From: Clostridia bacterium
GTDB taxonomy: Bacteria > Bacillota > Clostridia > TANB77 > UBA1234
NCBI GenBank assembly: GCA_017521465.1
Contig: JAFXCN010000026.1
Span: forward strand, 1 to 26,970
Reading direction: 5' to 3'
Length of the DNA: 26,970 nucleotides
The notes below the pieces were generated by a model. The model ran no database searches. It was not told the origin of the DNA and saw only the letters and a program-made list of their open reading frames with translations. Position 1 is the first letter of the stretch. Each line of letters opens with the position of its first letter. This document shows, one piece after another, positions 17,219-26,922 of this stretch. Made by a program: the position numbers and the translations under genes.

Positions 17219-17854
17219 TTAAATTTTATTTAATATTTCTGGTAATTCAGATATATTATCAATACTATATTCACTTTCTAAATCTTTTTGGAAACCATAT
17301 TTAGCATGAATAAACGGAATACCTGCCACTACACTCGCATTGTAATCCTTGTCTGTGTCACCTATATATATTGCACTTTGAGCATTGTTTCTTTCAATTA
17401 CCTTCTTTATTGCCTCACCTTTTTCAAGTCTATATTTACCTGCTGGCAAATAATCATCAAAATATTTTTCTAATCCAGATGAACTTAAAAATGCTTCTAT
17501 ATATCCATCTACACAGTTACTTACTATTGCTAATTTATATTTTTCTTTCAATTTAATTAATATATTTTCTAAATTTTGATAAACATTTCCGCCAATCTCA
17601 AAAAGTTTTTTCGAATTAGTTTCTAAGAATAGATCAAACATCTTATATCTTTTTTCCTCTTCGTAATCTGGAAAATAGTTTTTTGCCGCTTGCTCATATG
17701 TACATCCCATAGTTTTCATCACTGTTTCACGTGTTATTTCATATGGGACATTATATTCTTTCACAATTTCTTTTATAGTCTCATAAGACGTATCCGTTGT
17801 TTCCCATAGTGTTCCATCCAAATCAAAAATTAACATATCTAGTTTCTTTTCCAT
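17219..17854 (-). CDS. HAD-superfamily hydrolase (phosphoglycolate-phosphatase-like)
   Basis: HAD motif I IFDLDGTLW and motif IV-like YIGDTDKD. I prefer the ATG at 17854 over the GTG at 17866. Confidence 0.85.
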   Translation of the reverse strand: MEKKLDMLIFDLDGTLWETTDTSYETIKEIVKEYNVPYEITRETVMKTMGCTYEQAAKNYFPDYEEEKRYKMFDLFLETNSKKLFEIGGNVYQNLENILIKLKEKYKLAIVSNCVDGYIEAFLSSSGLEKYFDDYLPAGKYRLEKGEAIKKVIERNNAQSAIYIGDTDKDYNASVVAGIPFIHAKYGFQKDLESEYSIDNISELPEILNKI

Positions 17855-17961
17855 TATTGTTATCACCTTTCAGTTTTATAAATATTGAATTTATTATATC
17901 AAACACATCTAAATTTTTCTACTTTTTTAATAATAAAATCTACCATTTTTACTATTTATCA

Positions 17962-17997
17962 GCAAAAATGGTATAGAATTATAAAATCCTATACCAT
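17962..17997 (-). terminator. Intrinsic terminator downstream of desulfoferrodoxin
   Basis: Minus strand reads ATGGTATAG, a 12-nt loop, then CTATACCAT followed by TTTTGCT, about 70 nt after the dfx stop. An alternative pairing TACCATTTTT (17941-17950) / AAAAATGGTA (17964-17973) overlaps it. Confidence 0.65.
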
Positions 17998-18066
17998 TAG
18001 TGCATCGCTTAATTTACGTAATGCGTATTCAATTACAGAACATAATCCTGTATTATATGTATTACA

Positions 18067-18441
18067 TTATGCTTTCCAAAGGCCATGCAAATTACAATAT
18101 GCATATACTACTTCAACTTCATCACCTTCGCATATCGAAAAACAAACTTCTGGCTTTTGTCCTGGTTCTAACACTTTTCTTTGATTTCCAAATTTAGTTT
18201 GGATTGAAATCCATTCAATGTAGTGTTCTTCTTGCATTGGATGCTCAACTTCTCCAACAGTTACAAACACTTTATTACCTTCAACCTTATATACTGGAAT
18301 ATGTTTTTCTGTTGACGCCTCAACTTCTCCCGCTATTATTTCTTTCATAGCTTCTCCACAACACATTACAGGTACTCCACTTTCCTTTACAACAGCCACC
18401 ATATTACCACATTTGTTACATCTTAAAAATTTTTGTTTCAT
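18067..18441 (-). CDS. dfx: Desulfoferrodoxin (2Fe superoxide reductase)
   Basis: 124 aa. N-terminal desulforedoxin-like CNKCGN...CCGE and C-terminal SOR centre (EKHIPV, EHPM, CNLHGLW). RBS GGGAGG. Confidence 0.93.
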   Translation of the reverse strand: MKQKFLRCNKCGNMVAVVKESGVPVMCCGEAMKEIIAGEVEASTEKHIPVYKVEGNKVFVTVGEVEHPMQEEHYIEWISIQTKFGNQRKVLEPGQKPEVCFSICEGDEVEVVYAYCNLHGLWKA

Positions 18442-18469
18442 AATTATTCCTCCCTAATATTATTATAAT

Positions 18470-20473
18470 TTACTTTTTCTTTTCATCAATAACATTTTTT
18501 ATAATATTTAGATTTTCTCTTTCGATTTCATTTAGCTCTTCTAAACTCACTGTTTTTCCCTCTACAGGATAATACCATGATTGATTTTCAAAATATTCTT
18601 TTAATTCTTTGTTGTTGAAACTGTGTCCATGTCTTGCAAAAATTTCATTATATGCTTTATTTAATTCATCTAAACTCAAATTTTGAATTTCTGATTTTTC
18701 AATTTTTCTAACACTACTTTTCGAAAGAATATAACCGCCGCTCTCATATAGAGTTACCAACTCATTGTCAATATCAGAAAATTGTATGCTAGGTATAACT
18801 CCGTTCCAATCATATCCATCAAGTTCAATTGAACTGCTATTCAATACAAACGTTGCTTTTTTCATAATATCATCTATTTCTTGTTGTGTTTTATTAGATG
18901 AGTATCTTTCAAAATCTTCTTTCACTTCTGCCTCTAATACGCTTATGTAATCTACATTTTTCTTAAATATACTTTCAACAGAGTTTCTCTCAAGTAGTGT
19001 TCTTGCATCATACAATTTACTCTTACCATAATTCCTTTCATCTACAACAGTACCTCCATGTACTTCCATAAACTCATACGAAGTTAAAAAATATTGTAAA
19101 TAACCTAAATCATACCTATACTCTCTGGCATGTTGAATTATATCTTTAATAACCTCTTCCTTACTCGTACTATCTACACAACCTAACGAAAAGGTCATAT
19201 TATTCGAAAGCAAATTATAATATTTTTCATCATTTGAATATCCATTAAATTGATATTTATAATTATAATTATACCACACATAAGGTTTTATAGTTGCTAT
19301 ATAGAATTTATTTTCATTATTCTTGGCAATTTGCCTATACTCTTCTAATTTCTTATTTGCTTTTTCCAAGTCTCTCTCTTTTAAAATTTGTAAAGTTTCT
19401 GTATATGGATAATCACTGCCCGCTTCATAATCACCATCTAATAAAATCTCATAGTAAAGATTATTTTCCGCAAAACCCGTTTCATAATAACATTCTGTTA
19501 CAATATCTGTACATGTCCAAAGATTTTTGAAACCTATATTAGAATTCTCATATAAATTTTCTTCTGTTAAATATTTATCATATATAACAATATCTTTAGC
19601 AACATCTATAAAATCAATTTCTACATATCGTTCATAATAATATAATGCATCTTTGTTAACTTCAATGCAAATTGTTGTTGGAGTAAAATAAAATTTTTTA
19701 TTTTCACTATTCATAAAAGATTTTAGCATCTTATTCACATCATGTTCTGATAATTCGGGAATATAGTCAGTTTCATTAAAAATTGCAGTTTCACTCTGTT
19801 CATCATAGCCTTCATAAAGTTCAATCTTCCATTCTCCAGATTCTTTATCAAAATATGAACTTGTATAAAAACTTGCATTAACATCATTCGATGCTAAAAC
19901 TTTATAAAAAGCTTTTCTAAGTATTTCATGCATATCTATATTTTTCACAAACAAATCTTCAAATCTTAATCTCTCACCATTAACCAATTCATAATTCAAA
20001 AAGATAGTTTCTGATTTACTTTCACCTTTCTCTTTATAACTCAAAGAAAATTCAATTGAAATTACATTGGCAAAATTAGCATAAGTATACGCATATGAAC
20101 CGATATGTCCAACTTGTGTATATTTATTAAGATTTTCATTAAATTTACTAATAATACGTTCTCTTATATCATTATTTATTTTATTTTCAACTTCTTTATT
20201 CTTCAAACCTGATATTGTTGGTATCTCAATTGGTGTTGCGACATATAGAATTCGTTCTTCTACACTTTCTACTTTCAAATCATTTTGATCATATGTTCCA
20301 TATAAATCTAACGTTTTTTCTTTTTTCAAATCATTATTTTGATTTTCAACATTATTTGCATCAAATTCATTTGTGTGCACAACAAATTTACCCGTTTTCA
20401 TAGTAATTAAAGTACCCGTTATTAAAAATGAAATTATTGCAAAAATAAAAATTCCGATGAATATTTTTTTCAT
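18470..20473 (-). CDS. Membrane-anchored protein with RsiV-like (DUF4163/DUF3298-type) N-terminal region and C-terminal YARHG domain
   Basis: 667 aa with an N-terminal TM anchor. PTISGLKNKEVENKINNDI resembles DUF4163 openings. The C-terminal AYNEIFARHGHSFNNKELKEYF is the YARHG signature. Confidence 0.8.
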   Translation of the reverse strand: MKKIFIGIFIFAIISFLITGTLITMKTGKFVVHTNEFDANNVENQNNDLKKEKTLDLYGTYDQNDLKVESVEERILYVATPIEIPTISGLKNKEVENKINNDIRERIISKFNENLNKYTQVGHIGSYAYTYANFANVISIEFSLSYKEKGESKSETIFLNYELVNGERLRFEDLFVKNIDMHEILRKAFYKVLASNDVNASFYTSSYFDKESGEWKIELYEGYDEQSETAIFNETDYIPELSEHDVNKMLKSFMNSENKKFYFTPTTICIEVNKDALYYYERYVEIDFIDVAKDIVIYDKYLTEENLYENSNIGFKNLWTCTDIVTECYYETGFAENNLYYEILLDGDYEAGSDYPYTETLQILKERDLEKANKKLEEYRQIAKNNENKFYIATIKPYVWYNYNYKYQFNGYSNDEKYYNLLSNNMTFSLGCVDSTSKEEVIKDIIQHAREYRYDLGYLQYFLTSYEFMEVHGGTVVDERNYGKSKLYDARTLLERNSVESIFKKNVDYISVLEAEVKEDFERYSSNKTQQEIDDIMKKATFVLNSSSIELDGYDWNGVIPSIQFSDIDNELVTLYESGGYILSKSSVRKIEKSEIQNLSLDELNKAYNEIFARHGHSFNNKELKEYFENQSWYYPVEGKTVSLEELNEIERENLNIIKNVIDEKKK

Positions 20474-20484
20474 ATAGATTCCTC

Positions 20485-21450
20485 CTAATTTACAGGTACA
20501 TATCCAGCAACTTCTATAACCTTGCTACCTCTTTCAGATTGAACTGCTTCTATCCATTTGGCAGTATTACTTTCTTTATCAATATTCTTTAAAGTTACTA
20601 TATAACCATTTGTATAAATCGGATAACTTCCATCTTTTATTGTTTCAATTGTTGGTTTTACACCATTGATTCCTAACATTTTTATCGTATCTCTTTTGTA
20701 CATAGTATTTATATAGTAAAAATATGAATATCCTAACGAATTTTTTGAATTGTCATATTCTGCAACAGCATCAACTAATTCATCCATTCCTGCTACAACT
20801 TTAATACTTGGCGCAGTCATTAAGTCTTGATCTTTCATTACAAGTGAAATCATGGCAGTTTGACTTCCAGATCCATTAGGTCTTTGATATGGAATAATTT
20901 CTGCATCTTCACCGCCAACTTCTTTCCAATTAGTTATTTCACCTTTATATATTTTTACAACTTCATCTAAAGTTAAATTTTCAACTGGATTTTCAGAATT
21001 TACAATAAATACAAATGCTGAACTAGTTGCAGGCGTTACATCTAACTCAACTCCTTTTGATTTAGCATAAGCATAATCATCTTCTGAAGGTTCAGCAGCA
21101 AATATAACATCAACATTTCCATCAATTAAATTTTTATAAACATCACTTGTACGGCCTTTAGAATATTCATAATTTAAATCTTCTTCTGGAACACCAAGGA
21201 AATTTGATGCTATGCTATCTACTAATGGATGAATAGCAAGTGATGCATCTACTCTTGGATAGTTTTCTAATGTAAAAATTGGTTCTTCAACATTTTTATT
21301 ATTATTAACCTCTTCAACATTTACTTCATTTTTATTTTCGTTGTTTGTATTCTCAACTTGTTTTGTTGCTGTTGTATACCAAAAAACACATCCTACTACA
21401 ATGGCTACAACACAAATTACAGCAATTATTATTGGTAATACTTTTTTCAT
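20485..21450 (-). CDS. Membrane-anchored PstS-like (PBP-like-2) substrate-binding protein
   Basis: 321 aa with an N-terminal TM anchor and an Asn/Glu-rich linker. LTLDEVVKIYKGEITNWKEVGG and RPNGSGSQ are typical of phosphate-binding-protein-like domains. No ABC permease or ATPase gene lies nearby. Confidence 0.75.
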   Translation of the reverse strand: MKKVLPIIIAVICVVAIVVGCVFWYTTATKQVENTNNENKNEVNVEEVNNNKNVEEPIFTLENYPRVDASLAIHPLVDSIASNFLGVPEEDLNYEYSKGRTSDVYKNLIDGNVDVIFAAEPSEDDYAYAKSKGVELDVTPATSSAFVFIVNSENPVENLTLDEVVKIYKGEITNWKEVGGEDAEIIPYQRPNGSGSQTAMISLVMKDQDLMTAPSIKVVAGMDELVDAVAEYDNSKNSLGYSYFYYINTMYKRDTIKMLGINGVKPTIETIKDGSYPIYTNGYIVTLKNIDKESNTAKWIEAVQSERGSKVIEVAGYVPVN

Positions 21451-21475
21451 ATTTGGTTCCCCCTGTTTATATTAA

Positions 21476-22096
21476 TTATTGTTTTTTAAATAATTTTTTT
21501 CCTACTCCACACACTGGACATTTATAATCTTCCGGTAGTTCATCACCATAATATATGTATCCACATATTGTACAAATCCATGCCGTTTTTCCATTATTAG
21601 TATTAACTTTCAAAAGCTCATCCTTATGTTCTCGATAATAATTATATGTCATCTCTTTTTCATTTTTATATAAATCACCATCTATTACTCTACCAATAAA
21701 AAGTGTGTGTGTATTATTATCAATAGAATCTATAATTTCGCATATCATATATCCTAATGAATCATTTATAACTTTAACTTCATTTATTTCTGTCGTTTCT
21801 ATTTTTTCAAATTTATCTATATCTCTCATAGAATTAAAACCAAATGTTTTTATTATTTCTGGATTTACGTCATTACCTAAAACAGAAATAGCAAAGGTTT
21901 TATTATTTTTCATTAATGTATTAGTATTATTTTTCTTCATCACAGCAACTGCAATTAAAGGATTATCTCCTCCACTAACTTGCGATACCGCATCTACAAT
22001 GCATCCTCCGCCTTTTGTTGTTAATACATACATTCCTTGAGATATTTTTTCAATTATTTTTAAATTTTTCAAAAACATCTTCCTTTCGTTTTTCAT
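21476..22096 (-). CDS. Flavin-reductase-like domain fused to C-terminal rubredoxin (high-molecular-weight rubredoxin type)
   Basis: 206 aa. The N-terminal flavin reductase-like fold region is [10 protein letters not shown]...VSQVS. The C-terminal [10 protein letters not shown]...[10 protein letters not shown] is a rubredoxin motif. The start at 22096 overlaps the helicase stop (ATGA); an alternative ATG lies 18 nt downstream. Confidence 0.85.
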   Translation of the reverse strand: MKNERKMFLKNLKIIEKISQGMYVLTTKGGGCIVDAVSQVSGGDNPLIAVAVMKKNNTNTLMKNNKTFAISVLGNDVNPEIIKTFGFNSMRDIDKFEKIETTEINEVKVINDSLGYMICEIIDSIDNNTHTLFIGRVIDGDLYKNEKEMTYNYYREHKDELLKVNTNNGKTAWICTICGYIYYGDELPEDYKCPVCGVGKKLFKKQ

Positions 22097-24771
22097 TTCA
22101 AATCAACAACTGGTTTTATCTTATTTAAAATTGTTTCTTCTTGGCTACAATTAAAGTTAGATTTTCTTAACTTTAAAACTAACTTTTTATTTTCTGTTCC
22201 TTTCGTATAAATTAATCTTGCTTTTCCAATATATTTACACCAAAAAGAATGATATTTTTTAGCCAATTCTTTATTGATAGCCAATATATTTGGAACAAAA
22301 AAATATCTAGTCTTTGCTTTATCGACATTCATTGTCAACAAATATCTTTGAATATTGTCAATAGAGAATATTTCTTTTAAACTTGCTAGTATTAAATTAT
22401 TCTCATGTGTTGTAACACCATCAATTGAAACCGTAATCTTTGTTTTTGATTCATTCTCCTTTGAATATATTTTTATTCTCTTAAAATTTGTTTTTACAAT
22501 TTTAACATCACATAATGTTTTTATTAACGCTTTTACAATCTTATACATTTGTCTTCTTGGCTTTGAAAAATATATAGATTTCACACATTGTATAATAAAT
22601 TTTATATTTATTATACTTGAAAGAAGAAGTGCAGCAATTATATCCAAAATATTTATCGGATTGTCAATTACAGCTAATAAACACATTGTCATTATAAAAA
22701 CAAACATTGGTACAATAAAATCACTAGGTTTAATTTTACACAAATTATAATTAATAACTCGTTTTGGAAATTCTAATTGGCTTGTCATGTTTATTTTATT
22801 TCCACCAAAACGACTAATTAAATCAAACCACTTATTATACATTCTAGATCTGTCATTACATATTTTAACAATCGAATTATTGTACACATTAATTTTTTCT
22901 TGCGTAAATTCTTTTGGTATAGTATCTAACCTTGATATTCCATTTTCTAGAACATCCTTATTGTATCCAATACCTACAAATGAATTAAAACGTCTTTTCA
23001 ACATTTCATAATCTGAATTTTCAATAATATTTTCATCCAAATCTGCTACGCAAACCAAATGCCAAACATTAGCTGTTTTGTATGGATTTTCATTTGTTCT
23101 AATAGCTCTTCCTCTCATTTGATTTGACAATACATAAGAGCCAACAAAACTTGCTAATATTAAACTATTAATACTTGGTTCATCCCAACCTTCTCCAAGT
23201 AATGATTTTGTTCCAATTATAATATTCACATCTCCATCAGAAAATAATTTTGCAATTGATTTCATTAAAACATTTTTATTTTTATCAGAAGCATTCACTA
23301 TACTATAATCTGAAACCTTTTCCACATTTTCAAACGATATATCATCTTCAGCAAGTCCTTTTTCAACTATGTTTTTTATCAGCCTTTCTTTTTCGCTGTT
23401 TGGGACCATAAATATGCTACCAGTTAAAACTGCAATTTTAATCTTTTTGTTTATCAAATTTAAGAAAATAGGAAAAACGCCTAATTTACTTACTTCAACA
23501 TTTTCTTCAAATAAATATTCTTTTCTTAAAAAATCTGTAAGAATAACCATTCTTAAATTTTCTTTTAAATTAGAATATTCTATATCTACTATTTTATTTA
23601 TACTTTCTAATTTTCCAACACTGTTTGTAAAATATTTTTGTAATTCTGGATTGTTAGATAATAAAACTTTTTTCTTTTCTATGAGCCCTAATTTATTTAA
23701 TTTTGATTTAATTCCATCTAATAGCACCTTATAGTTTTCAAAGAAATCATCTTCGCTAAAAATCACTTTTTGTAACAAAATTTCTAACCACTTAGTTGTT
23801 AACTTAGGAATAGGCCTGTTATTACATATTTCTTTAAGTTTTTCTTTGTCAATTTCAATGCTAGTTTCGTTTAAATAAACTATGATACTACTGTAAAATT
23901 CTCCATTATTGAATATTTCTTCAAGATAAACTTTAGTATCCTTAATATAAGGATGTTCATATAACATTGTTGCAAATTCTTTGTCATTTTTTAATTCTTC
24001 AATTAATGTTTTTATTTTATTTTGATATTCCGCAATCTTTTCTTTTTCAACTTTTATAGGATAACTAAAATAAATATAATCTTGATGCGGACATAGATTT
24101 TTAGCATATATTAATTCTGGAACAGAAATTTCCATATCTATATTTCCGCACAATTCTATATATTTCTGCCATTCTGCGTTTTCAACATCGTATGGCGGTG
24201 TTGCTGTTAAAGAAATTATAGTGATATCTTTTAGTTCTTTTATTACACTTGTTAAACTTTGCCACCATTCACTTTTTAGATGATGTGCTTCATCCAGTAT
24301 TATGGTTGTAATTTTATTTTTCTTAATTTCTTCTATTAAATCATATTCCTTAACATCTATATCTATATTTTGATTTTCTTGTAAAATAACATCATCCGTT
24401 TCATTTTCATCTACATCATTTTTTTGTTTTTTTCTTTTATACGCATAATGAAGACCTTGATAAGTTATAGAGTTAAAATATGATAATTTATATACATTAT
24501 CGCTAATCCAATCTGGTTTTTGACTACCTTCTGGCATAAACAAAGTAACAAATCTATCTATCCATTGATTCTTTATAGTTACAGTTGGTGATAACATTAT
24601 TACTGGATTTCCAAGTTTTCGTGCTAGCTCTAATCCTAATACAGTCTTACCAGAACCCGGAGCTGCAACTATATTAACTCTTTTGTCATCTAAAAATTTA
24701 TCAACTTCTTCTAAAACTTTAGCTTGATATGGTCGCCATGAATACTTAAATTTTATATTTTCATCAAACAT
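22093..24771 (-). CDS. SF2 DEAH helicase (XPB/SSL2 / ResIII-like core) with C-terminal transmembrane hairpin and uncharacterised tail
   Basis: 892 aa. Motifs: RPYQ, Walker A AAPGSGKT (aa 36-43), DEAH (160-163), TATPP (189-193), [15 protein letters not shown] (551-558). Hydrophobic segments lie at aa ~685-730 and are followed by a basic ~150-aa tail. RBS AAGGAG. Confidence 0.85.
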   Translation of the reverse strand: MFDENIKFKYSWRPYQAKVLEEVDKFLDDKRVNIVAAPGSGKTVLGLELARKLGNPVIMLSPTVTIKNQWIDRFVTLFMPEGSQKPDWISDNVYKLSYFNSITYQGLHYAYKRKKQKNDVDENETDDVILQENQNIDIDVKEYDLIEEIKKNKITTIILDEAHHLKSEWWQSLTSVIKELKDITIISLTATPPYDVENAEWQKYIELCGNIDMEISVPELIYAKNLCPHQDYIYFSYPIKVEKEKIAEYQNKIKTLIEELKNDKEFATMLYEHPYIKDTKVYLEEIFNNGEFYSSIIVYLNETSIEIDKEKLKEICNNRPIPKLTTKWLEILLQKVIFSEDDFFENYKVLLDGIKSKLNKLGLIEKKKVLLSNNPELQKYFTNSVGKLESINKIVDIEYSNLKENLRMVILTDFLRKEYLFEENVEVSKLGVFPIFLNLINKKIKIAVLTGSIFMVPNSEKERLIKNIVEKGLAEDDISFENVEKVSDYSIVNASDKNKNVLMKSIAKLFSDGDVNIIIGTKSLLGEGWDEPSINSLILASFVGSYVLSNQMRGRAIRTNENPYKTANVWHLVCVADLDENIIENSDYEMLKRRFNSFVGIGYNKDVLENGISRLDTIPKEFTQEKINVYNNSIVKICNDRSRMYNKWFDLISRFGGNKINMTSQLEFPKRVINYNLCKIKPSDFIVPMFVFIMTMCLLAVIDNPINILDIIAALLLSSIINIKFIIQCVKSIYFSKPRRQMYKIVKALIKTLCDVKIVKTNFKRIKIYSKENESKTKITVSIDGVTTHENNLILASLKEIFSIDNIQRYLLTMNVDKAKTRYFFVPNILAINKELAKKYHSFWCKYIGKARLIYTKGTENKKLVLKLRKSNFNCSQEETILNKIKPVVDLK

Positions 24772-24781
24772 TCTATGCTCC

Positions 24782-25219
24782 TTAATCTTTTACAATTTCT
24801 CCAAAAAGTTTTTCTATTAATTCTTCTACCGAACCTACTTTTTCCTCATTTCCATTATTTATATAAGTATATGATATATATTGTTGAGCATCAGGCCTTT
24901 TACTATTCTCTATATCTGTTACTAAATTTTGAAGTTCATTTTGATTTTTAATTATTCCCGAATCAACATCTTTTTCTTTACTTGCTCCTTTAATTGTTAT
25001 CGTTGTTTTTGATTCAATCCACATATAACTTTCATCTTCCGTTGGATAAAAATAGTATGTGGAACCCCAGCCAGCATCCATACCCATCATTTGGCTATGA
25101 TATATTGTAGCCACATAATCACTATTAGGTCTAACAATTATTTTATCTTTTATAAAAAAACAAACTATGAAAATAATAACTAGTACAATAATAATTCCTA
25201 AAATAATATTCTTTTTCAT
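24782..25219 (-). CDS. Small N-terminally membrane-anchored protein, unknown function
   Basis: I prefer the start at 25219 (MKKNIILGIIIVLVIIFIVCFF), 6 nt after AAAGGAG and 1 nt after the queH stop. The ORF-track start at 25327 lies inside queH. About 145 aa, ending 10 nt before the helicase start. Confidence 0.65.
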   Translation of the reverse strand: MKKNIILGIIIVLVIIFIVCFFIKDKIIVRPNSDYVATIYHSQMMGMDAGWGSTYYFYPTEDESYMWIESKTTITIKGASKEKDVDSGIIKNQNELQNLVTDIENSKRPDAQQYISYTYINNGNEEKVGSVEELIEKLFGEIVKD

Positions 25220-25220
25220 A

Positions 25221-25778
25221 TTATTCTCCTTTTTCAATTTGCTTTTTATATCTATCCTCTTCCGAATATATACATCCACAATATTTTTGCATATATAATC
25301 CTGCGTCTCTTGCCATTTGTTGTCCAATACGAAAACCTTCTCTAAAGTCTTGATAAATAAATTTCACTCCATATTTTTCAGCATATTCTTCAGCTATTCT
25401 TATAATAAGCTCATGATTTTGGTATGGACTAACTAACAATGTTGTTGAAAAAGCTGTATATCCATTTTCTTTTGCATATTTTACTGTCGTTTCAAGTCTT
25501 GAACGATAACAAAACTCACATCTTCCATCAATATTGTTAATAACGTTCGTAGTAAATTCTCTAATTCCATAATCATGATTTATAATTAACGGTAAATTTA
25601 TCATTTCAGAATATTGTTTTAAGGTATCCAACCTTTGTTTGTATTCTGTATATGGATGAATATTTATGTTGTACCAATATGCTGTTATATCTGTATATCC
25701 ATCTTTTCTTAATTTATCAACTACATATGTTGAGCAAGGTGCACAACATGTATGTAATAATATTTTATCTTGCATCAT
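25221..25778 (-). CDS. queH: Epoxyqueuosine reductase QueH (DUF208 family)
   Basis: [10 protein letters not shown] near the N-terminus and C-terminal [12 protein letters not shown] are the QueH cysteine signatures. I prefer the start at 25778 after GGGAG. It overlaps the ruvB 3' end by 14 nt. Confidence 0.88.
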   Translation of the reverse strand: MMQDKILLHTCCAPCSTYVVDKLRKDGYTDITAYWYNINIHPYTEYKQRLDTLKQYSEMINLPLIINHDYGIREFTTNVINNIDGRCEFCYRSRLETTVKYAKENGYTAFSTTLLVSPYQNHELIIRIAEEYAEKYGVKFIYQDFREGFRIGQQMARDAGLYMQKYCGCIYSEEDRYKKQIEKGE

Positions 25779-26775
25779 ATTCAACTCCCATATGTTTATA
25801 CGCATCAATCGTTGCAGTTCTTCCTCTTGGTGTTCTATTTAAGAAACCTATTTGCATTAAGTATGGTTCGTATACATCTTCGATTGTATCTACATCTTCA
25901 CCAATAGCTGCAGCAAGTGTTTCAATGCCAACTGGTCCTCCAGCAAATTTTCTTATTATTGTATCTAGCATTTTATTATCAATATTATCTAACCCTAAAT
26001 GATCTATTTCTAAACTATTTAATGCTAAATCAGCAATTTCATCTGTAACTACACCATTATTTTTTATTTGTGCAAAGTCTCTAACTCTTTTCAAAAGTCT
26101 ATTTGCAATTCTTGGTGTTCCTCTTGAACGAGAAGCTATTTCCATAGCACCTTTTTCTGTTATTTCTATATTTAAAATAGATGCAGAACGTTTTACTATT
26201 TGCGCTAATTGCTCATTTGAATAAAGTTCTAATCTATCAATAATTCCAAATCTATCTCTTAATGGTGATGATAAACTTCCTGCTTTTGTAGTAGCACCTA
26301 TTAATGTAAATTTAGGTAAATCCAATCTTATTGAACGTGCACTTGGACCCTTTCCTATAATTATGTCAAGTGAAAAATCTTCCATCGCCGGATATAAAAT
26401 TTCTTCCACACTTCTATTTAATCTATGAATTTCATCTATAAATAAAACGTCTCCTGGATTTAAGTTGGTTAAAAGTGCCGCTAAATCCCCTTGTTTCTCA
26501 ATTGCAGGTCCAGAAGTTATTCTAATGCTAGCTCCCATTTCATTAGCTATAATATTAGAAAGTGTAGTCTTTCCAAGTCCTGGAGGTCCATAAAGCAAAA
26601 CATGGTCTATTGGTTCTTCTCTTTGTTTTGCCGCTTCTATATATACCTTTAAATTTTCTTTTATTTTATCTTGACCAATATAATCATCTAACTTTTTAGG
26701 TCTTAAGCTGTTTTCTATATCTAAATCTTCTCTCTCTAGTCCTGGACAGATAATTCTCTCTTCTAATTCATCCAT
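25765..26775 (-). CDS. ruvB: Holliday junction branch migration ATPase RuvB
   Basis: 336 aa. [12 protein letters not shown], Walker [10 protein letters not shown], Walker [10 protein letters not shown] and GATT sensor in the typical RuvB order. RBS GAAAGGAAA. Confidence 0.96.
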   Translation of the reverse strand: MDELEERIICPGLEREDLDIENSLRPKKLDDYIGQDKIKENLKVYIEAAKQREEPIDHVLLYGPPGLGKTTLSNIIANEMGASIRITSGPAIEKQGDLAALLTNLNPGDVLFIDEIHRLNRSVEEILYPAMEDFSLDIIIGKGPSARSIRLDLPKFTLIGATTKAGSLSSPLRDRFGIIDRLELYSNEQLAQIVKRSASILNIEITEKGAMEIASRSRGTPRIANRLLKRVRDFAQIKNNGVVTDEIADLALNSLEIDHLGLDNIDNKMLDTIIRKFAGGPVGIETLAAAIGEDVDTIEDVYEPYLMQIGFLNRTPRGRTATIDAYKHMGVEYDAR

Positions 26776-26815
26776 TTCTTTTTTCCTTTCATTTTTAGCT
26801 TTTTATATCGAAAAA

Positions 26816-26844
26816 AGTATATCATAACTGACTTTTTATCTCAA
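26816..26844 (-). promoter_or_regulatory. Sigma-A-type promoter for ruvB
   Basis: Minus strand reads TTGAGA (26839-26844), a 17-nt spacer, then TGaTATACT (-10 at 26816-26821). It lies about 40 nt upstream of the ruvB ATG. Confidence 0.5.
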
Positions 26845-26922
26845 GCGAACAGACGATAATTAGTGTGATATTTACAATAAACATAATATATATGTATACT
26901 TAAAATTATTCATATTAGAAAT

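Noticed and set aside
18442-18500. PerR-box-like AT-rich string (TTATAAT-A-ATATTAG on the minus strand) just upstream of dfx.
   Set aside because: The second half-site has three mismatches. It does not resemble the TAGGAATnATTCCTA palindrome at perR, and such strings are expected by chance in DNA this AT-rich.
25272-25280. DnaA-box-like ACATCCACA.
   Set aside because: It is a single imperfect copy inside the queH coding sequence, with no cluster of boxes or AT-rich unwinding element context.
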